Shown here in pieces: positions 38,900-47,097 of a stretch of DNA of 64,000 bases. Where the stretch lies: the NCBI GenBank assembly GCA_965238055.1, contig OZ250178.1, positions 3,209,394 through 3,273,393 of the forward strand. The letters are read 5' to 3'. Each line of letters starts with the position of its first letter. Within the stretch, counting starts at the first letter, position 1. The DNA is from Candidatus Foliamicus sp. (GTDB taxonomy: Bacteria > Pseudomonadota > Gammaproteobacteria > Steroidobacterales > Foliamicaceae). The notes under the pieces are model-generated. The model searched no databases, was not told the origin of the DNA, and saw only the letters and a program-made list of their open reading frames with translations. A program made the translations under genes and the position numbers.

Positions 38900-39573
38900 T
38901 CAAACTGAGAACGGGCATTGTTGAGGATCTGAATGACTTGCCTCCTACCCTTGCCTACCTGCCGGATGAGGACCTGTACGTGCTTGATAACCGCTGGATT
39001 AACAGCTATGCCGTCAATCGTACCGGCACGGACCTGGAGTTGCGCTACGAATGGGAACGCGGAGCCAATGAGTTTGGCTTTACGCTGCTGCGCTCCTATA
39101 ACCACCGCTATGACGTCCAGCAATCGGTCATCTCAACGGTCGCGCATGACCTCGTTGGGGGGCGCGACGATACCGGCCAGGAAGAAACAACGATCCTGCC
39201 GGTTCCCACGCACAAGACCAGCATGCAGTTCACCTGGACACACGGCGGCCTGTTTCTGGCCCTTGACATGCAGGCCGCGGACGATACGACTATCTTGTAC
39301 CTGGACACGCAGCACCGCATTACCAAGCCGGCCACCAAGTACGACCTGGTGCTGAGTTATGAATTCGGCGACGACACGCTGTTGGACGCGCCGGCGTGGA
39401 TGGATGGCTTAAGCACAACCCTGACGGTCAACAACCTGACACATGCATTCACGGAAACAACCGCGATAAACCCGGAAACCGGCGAAGTTCGGCCAGCCAG
39501 GTCTAACCTGAATCCCGCCTACGAGCTTTCACAAGGCCGCGCCTATCTCCTCACAATCCACAAGTCCTTCTAA
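38900..39573 (+). pseudogene. TonB-dependent receptor (paralog 2), 3' portion
   Basis: ...LRTGIVEDLNDLPPTLAYLPDEDLYVLDNRWINSYAVNRTGTDLELRYEWERG... is collinear with paralog 1 (LNNLPSTVTYFPEDDIYVKDDRYINVKTVDRSGFDYELRYEWQTG) and ends YLLTIHKSF. Confidence 0.85.
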
Positions 39574-39577
39574 CCAC

Positions 39578-39672
39578 CCTGGGAAAGAGGGCGTCCCTGG
39601 GAAAGAGGGTGTCCCCGCCCTCGCGCAGGAGCAGCTGCCCTCCCCCCTGGGAACGAGGGCGTCTCGCCCTCG
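39578..39672. repeat. REP-like element cluster
   Basis: CCTGGGAAAGAGGGCGTCCCTGGGAAAGAGGGTGTCCCCGCCCTCG ... CCTGGGAACGAGGGCGTCTCGCCCTCG. Confidence 0.8.
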
Positions 39673-39757
39673 ACACAATTGGCACGTCCCGGCGTGCTTG
39701 CCGGACTTTCCGTTTCTGGACGTCTTGCCCTTCGCCTAATGCTGCTGGAAGGCCCGC

Positions 39758-40063
39758 CTAACTTGGCTGCGCTCTTAACGTACGCGCCTCACCCGCAGCC
39801 GACGCACGTTGCGCAATCTCCAGATCATAGGTACGTTGAAGGTGGATCCAGAATCTGGATCCATTACCGAACAGTTTGCCGAACTGAACCGCAATCTCCG
39901 GGGTAACAGACCGCTTTTCACTAAGGATCTCACGTAGCGTCTTACGGGATATGTTCAGGGCGTTGGCCAAATCAATCTCGCTCATGGCAAGCTCAGGCAG
40001 GATATCCTCCCGCACGATTTCTCCAGGATGCATCGGGTCTATGGAGGGGTGTTTGGCAATCAT
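39758..40063 (-). CDS. higA: HigA-family antitoxin (XRE-type HTH)
   Basis: MIAKHPSIDPMHPGEIVREDILPELAMSEIDLANALNISRKTLREILSEKRSVTPEIAVQFGKLFGNGSRFWIHLQRTYDLE is the canonical HigA pattern. Confidence 0.85.
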   Translation of the reverse strand: MIAKHPSIDPMHPGEIVREDILPELAMSEIDLANALNISRKTLREILSEKRSVTPEIAVQFGKLFGNGSRFWIHLQRTYDLEIAQRASAAGEARTLRAQPS

Positions 40064-40128
40064 CAGTGATAGTCCTCTATGTCTACGCTGACAGCGTCAA
40101 GGCCATCCCACTCGAAGGTTACATGAAC
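40063..40128 (-). pseudogene. higB: HigB (RelE-superfamily killer) remnant: last 21 codons only
   Basis: Hand translation gives VHVTFEWDGLDAVSVDIEDYH then stop, with TGA overlapping the higA ATG (ATGA). It matches the HigB C-terminus (..RICFRWedGna.dVeivDYH). Upstream is only a half REP (GGACGCCCTCTCTCCCGGG, 40129-40147) and then the stop codon of the next gene. Confidence 0.65.
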
Positions 40129-40147
40129 GGACGCCCTCTCTCCCGGG

Positions 40148-41296
40148 TTAGTACGAGCGGGGCATGCCGAGTACGTGCTGGCCGATGTAGCTGAGGATCA
40201 TGTTGGTGGAAACGGGCGCGACCTGGTAGAGGCGCGTCTCGCGGAACTTGCGCTCTACGTCGTATTCCTCGGCAAAGCCGAACCCGCCGAATGTCTGAAC
40301 GCACGCTTCAGCCGCTTCCCAGGCGGCTTCCGAAGCCAGCAGCTTGGCCATGTTGGCCTCCTTGCCGGTGGATAAGCCTTCATCGAACTTCCGGGCCGCG
40401 TCCGACACCATGAGCGCCGCTGCTTCAACGGAGGCATAGGCCCTTGCGATCGGAAACTGCACGCCCTGGTTGCGTCCGATCGGACGGTCGAAGACCTCCC
40501 GTTCGCCCGCGTAAGCCGCCGCCTTGTCGATGAACCATCGCCCGTCGCCGATGCACTCGCCGGCAATCAACGTACGCTCGGCGTTCATCCCGTCGAGTAT
40601 GTAGCGAAAGCCCTGCCCTTCCTCGCCGATCAGGTTCTCTACAGGCACGCGAACATCGTCCATGAACACCTGCGTGGTGGCGTGATTCATCATTGTGCGG
40701 ATCGGCGTGATGCTCAAGCCCGGCGCATCGCGCATGTCCACCATTAGCACAGACAACCCTTCGGTGCGGCGTGCTACCTCCTCTCTGGACGTGGTGCGCG
40801 CCAGCAGAATCATGAGGTCCGAGTGTTCAGCGCGCGAAGTCCAGATTTTCTGGCCGTTGACGATGTACTGCCCGTCCTCCAGATGGGCTGTTGTGCGTAG
40901 AGCCAGCGTGTCCGTGCCGCTGCCGGGTTCGGTCACTCCGAAAGCCTGCAGGCGCAATTCGCCGGAAGCAATACCCGGAAGCCAGCGCTGCTTTTGTTCT
41001 TCGCTCCCGTGGCGCAGCACCGTGCCCATGGTGTACATCTGGGCATGGCAAGAGCCCGCGTTACAACCACAGCGGTGTATCTCCTCGAGTATCACCGTTG
41101 CAGCCACCAGTCCCAACCCGCTGCCGCCGTATTCCTCCGGAATCAGGGCGCCGAGAAAACCGCTCTCCGTCATGGCGCGCGTGAACTCGGTCGGATAGGC
41201 CCGTTCCCGGTCCAGGCCGCGCCAGTATTCGCCGGGGAAATCGGCGCAAACGGCGCGCACGGCTTCGCGTATTTCTTCGAGTTGCTCTTTATCCAT
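40148..41296 (-). CDS. Acyl-CoA dehydrogenase
   Basis: From MDKEQLEEIREAVRAVCADFPGEYW...; 382 aa with ACAD motifs (TEPGSGTD, NGQKIWTS, FGGFGFAEEYDVERKFRETRLYQVAP). The ORF-track start at 41461 would translate a REP element and overlap the upstream gene, so 41296 is preferred. Confidence 0.9.
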   Translation of the reverse strand: MDKEQLEEIREAVRAVCADFPGEYWRGLDRERAYPTEFTRAMTESGFLGALIPEEYGGSGLGLVAATVILEEIHRCGCNAGSCHAQMYTMGTVLRHGSEEQKQRWLPGIASGELRLQAFGVTEPGSGTDTLALRTTAHLEDGQYIVNGQKIWTSRAEHSDLMILLARTTSREEVARRTEGLSVLMVDMRDAPGLSITPIRTMMNHATTQVFMDDVRVPVENLIGEEGQGFRYILDGMNAERTLIAGECIGDGRWFIDKAAAYAGEREVFDRPIGRNQGVQFPIARAYASVEAAALMVSDAARKFDEGLSTGKEANMAKLLASEAAWEAAEACVQTFGGFGFAEEYDVERKFRETRLYQVAPVSTNMILSYIGQHVLGMPRSY

Positions 41297-41315
41297 GGGT
41301 GTTATGGGGTTAGCG

Positions 41316-41371
41316 CGGTCGAGGGTGTCTTGACCTTTTCGAGGGCGGGGACGCCCTCGTTCCCAGGGGGG
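41316..41371. repeat. REP-like element
   Basis: TTCGAGGGCGGGGACGCCCTCGTTCCCAGGGGGG preceded by a degenerate half unit. Confidence 0.8.
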
Positions 41372-41384
41372 ACTGGCGGCAGGC

Positions 41385-42176
41385 TCACAGGATTGCTCGT
41401 GAAGCACCGCCGTCGGCGGTAATGGAACGCCCGGTGACGTGGGGTGCGGCGTCCCCGGCAAGAAAAGCGACCAGGCGCCCGATCTCCGCAGCTTCCGCCA
41501 GCCGGCCCTGCGGGATTGCGCTCAGGAACTGCTGTTCCTCCTCTTCAGGCGTCCTGCCACTGCGGGATGCGAACGATTCCATCATTCCCTCCCAGCGGCC
41601 GGTCATCGTAGGCCCGGGATTCACGGCGTTGATCACTACTCCGAATTTTGCTACTTCACGCGCCAAACCCGCGGTTACGGCGAGTAGTCCGGCATTCGCG
41701 GCCGCGCCCGGCAACATGCGGGGATCCGGTTCGCGTCCCGAATTACCGGCCAGCGTCACTATCCGTCCATAGCGCCTTTCGATCATTCCCGGCAGGACCG
41801 CGCGGATCATGCGGACGGTCGCCATGAACTTGAGCGACATGCTTTCTTCCCAGGCGGAATCGGGAATATCCCAGAACAAACCGCCGGCCGATGCACCAGC
41901 ACTGTTGACCAGCACGTCTACCCTGCCGAAGGCCGCGGTCGCTGCTGTGACCACTTCCCTAGCGGAGCCGGGCGAAGTCAGATCGGCTGCTTTCCACTTG
42001 ACGTCCCGCCCACTTACTTTCTTCAGAGTCCCGGCCAGTCCCGCCAGGGCGCCTTCCGTACGGGCCGTAATAAAAAGCGCAGCGCCCTCTCGGGCCAACT
42101 CGCGCGCACAAGCCGCGCCGAGACCACCCGTGGCCCCGCTGATCAGCGCTACCTTTCCATCCAGTTGCAGGTTCAA
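41385..42176 (-). CDS. SDR-family oxidoreductase (FabG-like)
   Basis: GKVALISGATGGLGAACARELAREGA (TGxxxGxG motif), NSAG, and an SDR-length 263-aa ORF. Confidence 0.9.
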   Translation of the reverse strand: MNLQLDGKVALISGATGGLGAACARELAREGAALFITARTEGALAGLAGTLKKVSGRDVKWKAADLTSPGSAREVVTAATAAFGRVDVLVNSAGASAGGLFWDIPDSAWEESMSLKFMATVRMIRAVLPGMIERRYGRIVTLAGNSGREPDPRMLPGAAANAGLLAVTAGLAREVAKFGVVINAVNPGPTMTGRWEGMMESFASRSGRTPEEEEQQFLSAIPQGRLAEAAEIGRLVAFLAGDAAPHVTGRSITADGGASRAIL

Positions 42177-42242
42177 GTGTCCGTCCTCATCAAGCAGGCA
42201 TTATCGCAGCACACGAGACCAAGGCGCGTTGCTGGTAGACGG

Positions 42243-42563
42243 CTAACGGCTCAAACGGGCGCTTACAAGACGATTCAGGCTAATTCCCTCCTCGGCAGCC
42301 TTGAGAGCCAGGTCGCGATGAGTTTCCGGCGGTAAGCGCACGACAAACTTGCCACTAAATACACGGTCTGCAAGGGGCTCGGGAGGCGCTTCGCCCGCCC
42401 CCCGCAAGTCGGCCAGCACTTCACCTACCACCTTCCGAATGCCAGCCAGCGCTTCACCCGGAGTGGCAGCAAGCCAACTCAGCGAAGGAAACTCTGCACA
42501 AAGGCCCACGTGCTCTCGGTCTTCGGCAGACCAGGTAACTCGGTAGGTGTAGTGGTCAGACAC
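42243..42563 (-). CDS. hicB: HicB-family antitoxin with RHH-type C-terminus
   Basis: From GTG: VSDHYTYRVTWSAEDREHVGLCAEFPSLSWLAATPGEALAGIRKVVGEVLADL...FSGKFVVRLPPETHRDLALKAAEEGISLNRLVSARLS. The GTG start overlaps the hicA stop (GTGTCTGA). Confidence 0.8.
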   Translation of the reverse strand: MSDHYTYRVTWSAEDREHVGLCAEFPSLSWLAATPGEALAGIRKVVGEVLADLRGAGEAPPEPLADRVFSGKFVVRLPPETHRDLALKAAEEGISLNRLVSARLSR

Positions 42564-42793
42564 TGCGTTTCTCCAACTCTTCAATTGCTTTAAGTACCTG
42601 CCGAACCTGATACGCCTTCGCCATTCCACGCTTGTTTTGAATGTTCACTCTCGGATTCCCTGGCCAGGGGGGTACGGTAAATCCTGTGACTTGATCCTGT
42701 CTGCCGAGGCTCTCCGAAATACTCATCGCATAATTTGCACAGATCACGAAAGCGAATTCCATTCGGGTTCCGTCGTAGCGTATCCAGATCCAT
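42556..42793 (-). pseudogene. hicA: HicA-like toxin with a +1 frameshift in a C6 (plus-strand G6) homopolymer
   Basis: MDLDTLRRNPNGIRFRDLCKLCDEYFGEPRQTGSSHRIYRTP in one frame. WPGNPRVNIQNKRGMAKAYQVRQVLKAIEELEKRSV in the next. The two join if one G of GGGGGG at 42667-42672 is removed. Confidence 0.7.
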
Positions 42794-43160
42794 GGGCGTC
42801 TCCCTACGCCCTTTTATGATACCACTATTGATACTAGTGTGATATCCTGCAATTAACTTTGATTGAACTGCGACGTGTTTCTCCTTCCCGGCAAGGCTAG
42901 ACAACGCAGTGTGGCAGGCTCCACGTAAGGAGGAGCAACGCCGCCGGAGACGAAAAAGTACGGCAGATAAGTGGAGGTATTTGAGGGACATCACTTGGCA
43001 TGAGTTTTCGCCGTACAGTAACGAGCATAGGTATATTCGGCTCATTATTAGGCCAGTTAATCACCATTTATGAGCCGAATAGGACTTTGTTGACTGATCG
43101 GCATCCAGCGAGCAAATGCGCTGTGCAAAGACGCGGCGCCTATCGTTTGGCTTCGTTGTC

Positions 43161-43196
43161 CGCCTTCGCCGAGGGCGGGACGCCCTCACTCCCAGG
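43161..43196. repeat. REP-like element
   Basis: CGCCTTCGCCGAGGGCGGGACGCCCTCACTCCCAGG. Confidence 0.75.
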
Positions 43197-43312
43197 ACTG
43201 GGATCCGAAAGTATCTGTTTGACAGCACACCAGGTTAGCGCCTGGTATCCACCAATTCGCGGCCCTTCCTCCCACACTACCTGCAAAATCAAGAAACCTT
43301 CCCAAATTCCCG

Positions 43313-44419
43313 TCACGGCCAGTCGCGGGATACGCTCACAAAAGAACCACGCGATCGGGAAGACAGCATCCAGTAGAAGCCGGTCGCCTCCGGGTCACCG
43401 TCCATCGGATAGAAGATCACGTTGATCGGAATACGCGGTGGCAGGTCACGCACCGCCCGGTCAAAGTGGCGCACTCTCGCTCGGGAATCCACCCAGCCCA
43501 CACGCGAAGGCGGGCTGGCGCCCTGGGTGGGGAGTCCGTCAGTCAGCAGGAATACGTTGTCCGGCAACGGTTCCATGGCTCGAATCGCGCGTACGGCCGC
43601 GTGCATGCTGGTGCCGCCTTTGGGCGCATAGATCCGCAATGCTTCGACAGCTTCGGCTACGCGACTTCCGTCAGCCACGCTCAGCCACGCGCCATCGGTG
43701 TCTTCCAGGATGCTGCCATGCTCCTCGCCGTAGACATAGATCTGAAACTGCTGCTGCGGGTTCAGGCGCGTCGTGATCCATTCCACGGATTCGACCGCCT
43801 GCCGCCATTTGGGCGCACGCGGCTTCAGTTCCTCATCCATCAGGCGAAACCGCAACACGTCGATATAGGTGCGCCCCAGCATGCTGGCGGAAGCGTCCAG
43901 CAGGATCAGCACCCGATCGCCACCCATCTTCATCCCCGTCAGGTATTGCCGGGTCCCCTGCCCTTCAAAACTCCCGATGCGGCGTCCCGTGCCCTCCTCC
44001 GTTGCGGCGATCTGCGCCTCCAACCCCTCCTGCATTTCCTTGAGCCGGTCGACGTCGGCCCGAAGTTTCTCAATGGACTCCTGGCTTTGGGCGCCCAGCC
44101 GCTCATATTGCGCCAGTTCCGTCAGCAGAGCCGCCAATCGCTCCTTCAGCTTGCGTAGTTCCTCGATAGCAGCCGCACGCTGGTCTTCCAGTGTGTCCCG
44201 TTCCCCGCGCATTTGCAGCAGGTCCTTGCGACCATCAAGGACTTCCTCTTCCAGGCGCGTGGACTCGCTGAGCAGGTCGATCCGCTGCGCGTCGGCCCGC
44301 AGCCGCACCTGCGCGTTGATGATTACAAAGAACAGAACTACCGCGCCGAACCCGCAGGAAATGATGTCCAGAAACGACATGCTGAAGACGTGAAACGGCC
44401 TACGAGCCATCGCCCACAA
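43313..44419 (-). CDS. ExbD/MotB-like single-pass membrane protein fused to a coiled coil and a vWA domain
   Basis: N-terminal TM helix with an acidic residue (MSFLDIISCGFGAVVLFFVII). About 110 aa of heptad-rich sequence (LEEEVLDGRKDLLQMRGERDTLEDQRAAAIEELRKLKERLAALLTELAQYERL...). vWA with MIDAS residues (VLILLDASASM, KGGTSM, FLLTDGLP). Overlaps the upstream gene by 20 nt. Confidence 0.75.
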   Translation of the reverse strand: MWAMARRPFHVFSMSFLDIISCGFGAVVLFFVIINAQVRLRADAQRIDLLSESTRLEEEVLDGRKDLLQMRGERDTLEDQRAAAIEELRKLKERLAALLTELAQYERLGAQSQESIEKLRADVDRLKEMQEGLEAQIAATEEGTGRRIGSFEGQGTRQYLTGMKMGGDRVLILLDASASMLGRTYIDVLRFRLMDEELKPRAPKWRQAVESVEWITTRLNPQQQFQIYVYGEEHGSILEDTDGAWLSVADGSRVAEAVEALRIYAPKGGTSMHAAVRAIRAMEPLPDNVFLLTDGLPTQGASPPSRVGWVDSRARVRHFDRAVRDLPPRIPINVIFYPMDGDPEATGFYWMLSSRSRGSFVSVSRDWP

Positions 44420-45818
44420 CCTCGCGTATCACCAGAAAATCCACCGGCCCCACGCCAACCACATCGCCTCCCCGCAAAGGAGCGGATTCCGCAACCGGCG
44501 CACCATTCAGCCTGGTGCCGTAGCGGCTGTGATCGTGCAGAACAGCCTGTCCGTTTTCCATTACCACAGTGCAGTGGTTGCGGGAGATTCCTGCCTCCGG
44601 CGACAGCACGATCGCCGACCCTCCGGGCTGTGGGGAGGAACCCAGCCACAAGCCGATCTCATTGATTCGCCAGGCTCTTCCTCCCTGAACCAGGTGGGTC
44701 GGTGCTTGCGCCGCCCGCTGGCGATTAACCGTCGCGAACGATTCCGCTGCACCGGTATCGGACTCAATGAACCGCGAGATCGCCGGTTCGCTCAGCCCGT
44801 CACTTGCAGGCAGAGAGCGCAACAGCACGTAATGGTCTTTCGTCTGCCTGCGAAGCCCGAAGCGTGCAAGGGCGCCCAAGGCCGCCGCGCCCGGCTGCAG
44901 CACATGCACCTCCGCGGAAAGCAAGCGAGCAAGCACCGCGGCGCAACCGGGAGCAGCGGCCAGCGTTCCCGACACCCTGATCTCCGCCGATTGCGCACCG
45001 GTGCACACCGAGCGCAGTTGATTGCCCAATGGCGCCAATTGCTTTTCCAGCGCGGAAATGAAATCACTTCGGAGCAGGACTGCCGAAGCCGGAATAGATG
45101 CGCCACTGAGTTCGACTTCCAGCTCGCCCGACGACATCACGGCCTCCAGCCATGGCTGGAGCTGATTGGCAAGTTGTTGCTCGGTGGCAGGCAGATCCAG
45201 CGGATCAAAGCGCGAGGCAGCGATAAAGCGCCCGGCTACGAAGGTGGTCATTGCAGCGCGTAAATGACGCAGCCCGGGACGCCCGTTGAACAGGACTTCC
45301 GCCGAGTTGATCCTTTCACCATCGCTTTCAAGCCGCGTGACAACGATGCGCTCGGCTGTGGTCTCGACGTGCACGCAGGCGCCGTTTCCACGAATACCGC
45401 GCACAGCGGCGACCCCGCTCTCCACCAGGCCAGCGATGGGAACTTTTGCTTCTTCGGCTATACCGAGAAGCAGCGCCAGCCGGTTGTCTCCCGCACTCGC
45501 AGGAACCACCAGGATTACGCCGTCAATGGAATCAACCGCTTTTCGGAATCGGTCCCACAGCTCCTCAAGCTGACCATGCGCCAGATCGGCGTAGCTGCGA
45601 AAACCCCGTACGGGCCGAGGCAGCGGCTCGTCCGACAGCAGTTCCCAGTAGTTGTCGTAACTCTGACCGGGATTCAGCCTGGACTGCTCGGCCGCCTCGT
45701 GGCCAAAACGAACCCGGCGCTTCTCCACCAGCGCGATACCCGGCTCATTGAACAGCACGCCCTGCGCAGAGGCGCCCACCAGCGCCGCACCGTTAACCTC
45801 AAGGGCGACCTGCGCCAT
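44400..45818 (-). CDS. Hsp70/actin-like (degenerate) protein with C-terminal FHA domain
   Basis: GVILVVPASAGDNRLALLLGIAEEAKVPIAGLVESGVAAV resembles the Hsp70 VITVPAYF...AGL.V.R.INEPTAAA segment, but the N-terminal phosphate-1 motif is ALEVNGA. The C-terminal GLWLGSSPQPGGSAIVLSPEAGISRNHCTVVMENGQAVLHDHSRYGTRLNGAPV is a canonical FHA domain. Confidence 0.7.
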   Translation of the reverse strand: MAQVALEVNGAALVGASAQGVLFNEPGIALVEKRRVRFGHEAAEQSRLNPGQSYDNYWELLSDEPLPRPVRGFRSYADLAHGQLEELWDRFRKAVDSIDGVILVVPASAGDNRLALLLGIAEEAKVPIAGLVESGVAAVRGIRGNGACVHVETTAERIVVTRLESDGERINSAEVLFNGRPGLRHLRAAMTTFVAGRFIAASRFDPLDLPATEQQLANQLQPWLEAVMSSGELEVELSGASIPASAVLLRSDFISALEKQLAPLGNQLRSVCTGAQSAEIRVSGTLAAAPGCAAVLARLLSAEVHVLQPGAAALGALARFGLRRQTKDHYVLLRSLPASDGLSEPAISRFIESDTGAAESFATVNRQRAAQAPTHLVQGGRAWRINEIGLWLGSSPQPGGSAIVLSPEAGISRNHCTVVMENGQAVLHDHSRYGTRLNGAPVAESAPLRGGDVVGVGPVDFLVIREVVGDGS

Positions 45819-45833
45819 GCCGGAGCGCGGTCG

Positions 45834-46631
45834 TTAGTCGCCCTGCAGGCGCCGAATCAGCCGGTCGTCGCAGTAGTCGGAGGTCTCGAACACCAGGCGC
45901 TCCTGCAGCAATTGCAGTTGATGAACCAGGAACATGATGAATATGCTTACGAGCAACGCAAAGAACGTGGAATTGAAGGCGATGCCCAGGCTCTCGGTCA
46001 CCCCGCTGATATCGCCTTCCACGGCTCGATAGGCAAGCGTCAGCGCCTGACCGATTCCACGCACCGTTCCAATGAAGCCTATCGAGGGTATGGCCCAGGC
46101 GATATACCGAATCATGGACAACTCGGACTCGAGACGCTCGGCCTCGGCATTCACGAGTGTCTGGGTAGCCGAGGACACATCCTGCACGCTTCCCGTAGCG
46201 CCGAACCTCTGCAAAGCGCTCAACAGCACCCGCGGCAAGAGCAGCCGCTGCTGAGACTCAGGCAGCGCCCGCAACTGGCGCGCGTGCTCGCGCGTGTCCT
46301 CCGGAAGAATCCGCACCCCTTCCGCAAGAGGCAGAAGATCACGCTGCAACAGCGAGCGTTCCCGCAAAGCCCCGCGCGTCTTATAGCCCATGATCGCCAG
46401 CGCCCAAAGCGCCAGGATCAGGCAGGCTTCCTGCTCAAAATCGCGCACGATCACGTACAGGGACCGCTCCGGCACGTAGTCCGCTTCCTGCTCCAGTCGA
46501 ATCTGCTGCTCTTCCATGACCGCATTGGCCTGCGGACGTATCCAGGCCACGTACATCGCGTGCACCAGGATCACCGACAGGAACAGCGAGAACAGCTGAA
46601 ACACAAATTCGACCGGTAATTGTCTTCTCAT
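45834..46631 (-). CDS. MotA/TolQ/ExbB proton-channel family protein
   Basis: Three TM segments. C-terminal signature MIRYIAWAIPSIGFIGTVRGIGQALTLAY...LGIAFNSTFFALLVSIFIMFLVHQL. Confidence 0.8.
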   Translation of the reverse strand: MRRQLPVEFVFQLFSLFLSVILVHAMYVAWIRPQANAVMEEQQIRLEQEADYVPERSLYVIVRDFEQEACLILALWALAIMGYKTRGALRERSLLQRDLLPLAEGVRILPEDTREHARQLRALPESQQRLLLPRVLLSALQRFGATGSVQDVSSATQTLVNAEAERLESELSMIRYIAWAIPSIGFIGTVRGIGQALTLAYRAVEGDISGVTESLGIAFNSTFFALLVSIFIMFLVHQLQLLQERLVFETSDYCDDRLIRRLQGD

Positions 46632-46668
46632 CGGCTTTCGTCCATTTCTGATTCAAGCACGGCCTTGG

Positions 46669-47097
46669 TCACGCGGCTCTGTCTCTTATAACCAAGCCAC
46701 GTCCCACAGCGCGCAATGCCTTCTCGATCTGGCCGATATGAGAGCGATGCGCCGGATTCAGCAGTTTGCGAACCGCGCTTTCGCTGAGTCCCAAACGGCG
46801 CGCCAAAGCAACTCGGCTTAGTCCCTTCCGGCTCATGGCCGTATAGAGCGCTGATTTGGCGGCAATGACCGGCGGAACGGCAACAAGAGTCTGTCCTTCA
46901 GCTGCCGGACTCGGAATGGGGATGTGTTCCCTGCTACTCATATATACGCCCAAAACCGCCACCAGAGCGTCTTCCGCCATTGCCAATGCATGTGCCCGAT
47001 CATTGCCGCAGGTTATCGCTTCCCGAAAATCCGGGAAGCTGACGGAATAGCCGCCATCTCTTTCGGGCGCCAATTCGCAAGGATAGGCGTACTGCAT
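46669..47097 (-). CDS. hicB: HicB-family antitoxin with C-terminal XRE-type HTH
   Basis: MQYAYPCELAPERDGGYSVSFPDFREAITCGNDRAHALAMAEDALVAVL...SRKGLSRVALARRLGLSESAVRKLLNPAH. The ORF is open a further 33 codons upstream (see next feature). Confidence 0.8.
   Translation of the reverse strand: MQYAYPCELAPERDGGYSVSFPDFREAITCGNDRAHALAMAEDALVAVLGVYMSSREHIPIPSPAAEGQTLVAVPPVIAAKSALYTAMSRKGLSRVALARRLGLSESAVRKLLNPAHRSHIGQIEKALRAVGRGLVIRDRAA

Noticed and set aside
45264-46619. 451-aa plus-strand ORF, and 43466-44393 plus-strand ORFs, opposite the MotA/FHA/vWA operon.
   Set aside because: Arg/Gln/His-rich antisense-type composition. The minus-strand products carry clear MotA/ExbB, FHA and vWA motifs and have operon-like spacing.
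43313-46631. I considered whether the MotA/ExbB-like and ExbD-like pair is simply the ExbBD energiser for the three TonB-dependent receptors in the window.
   Set aside because: There is no TonB-like (Pro-rich, C-terminal TonB domain) gene adjacent. The ExbD-like protein carries a coiled coil and a vWA domain instead of the ExbD periplasmic domain. An FHA protein is inserted between the two genes. This cannot be fully excluded without homology searches.
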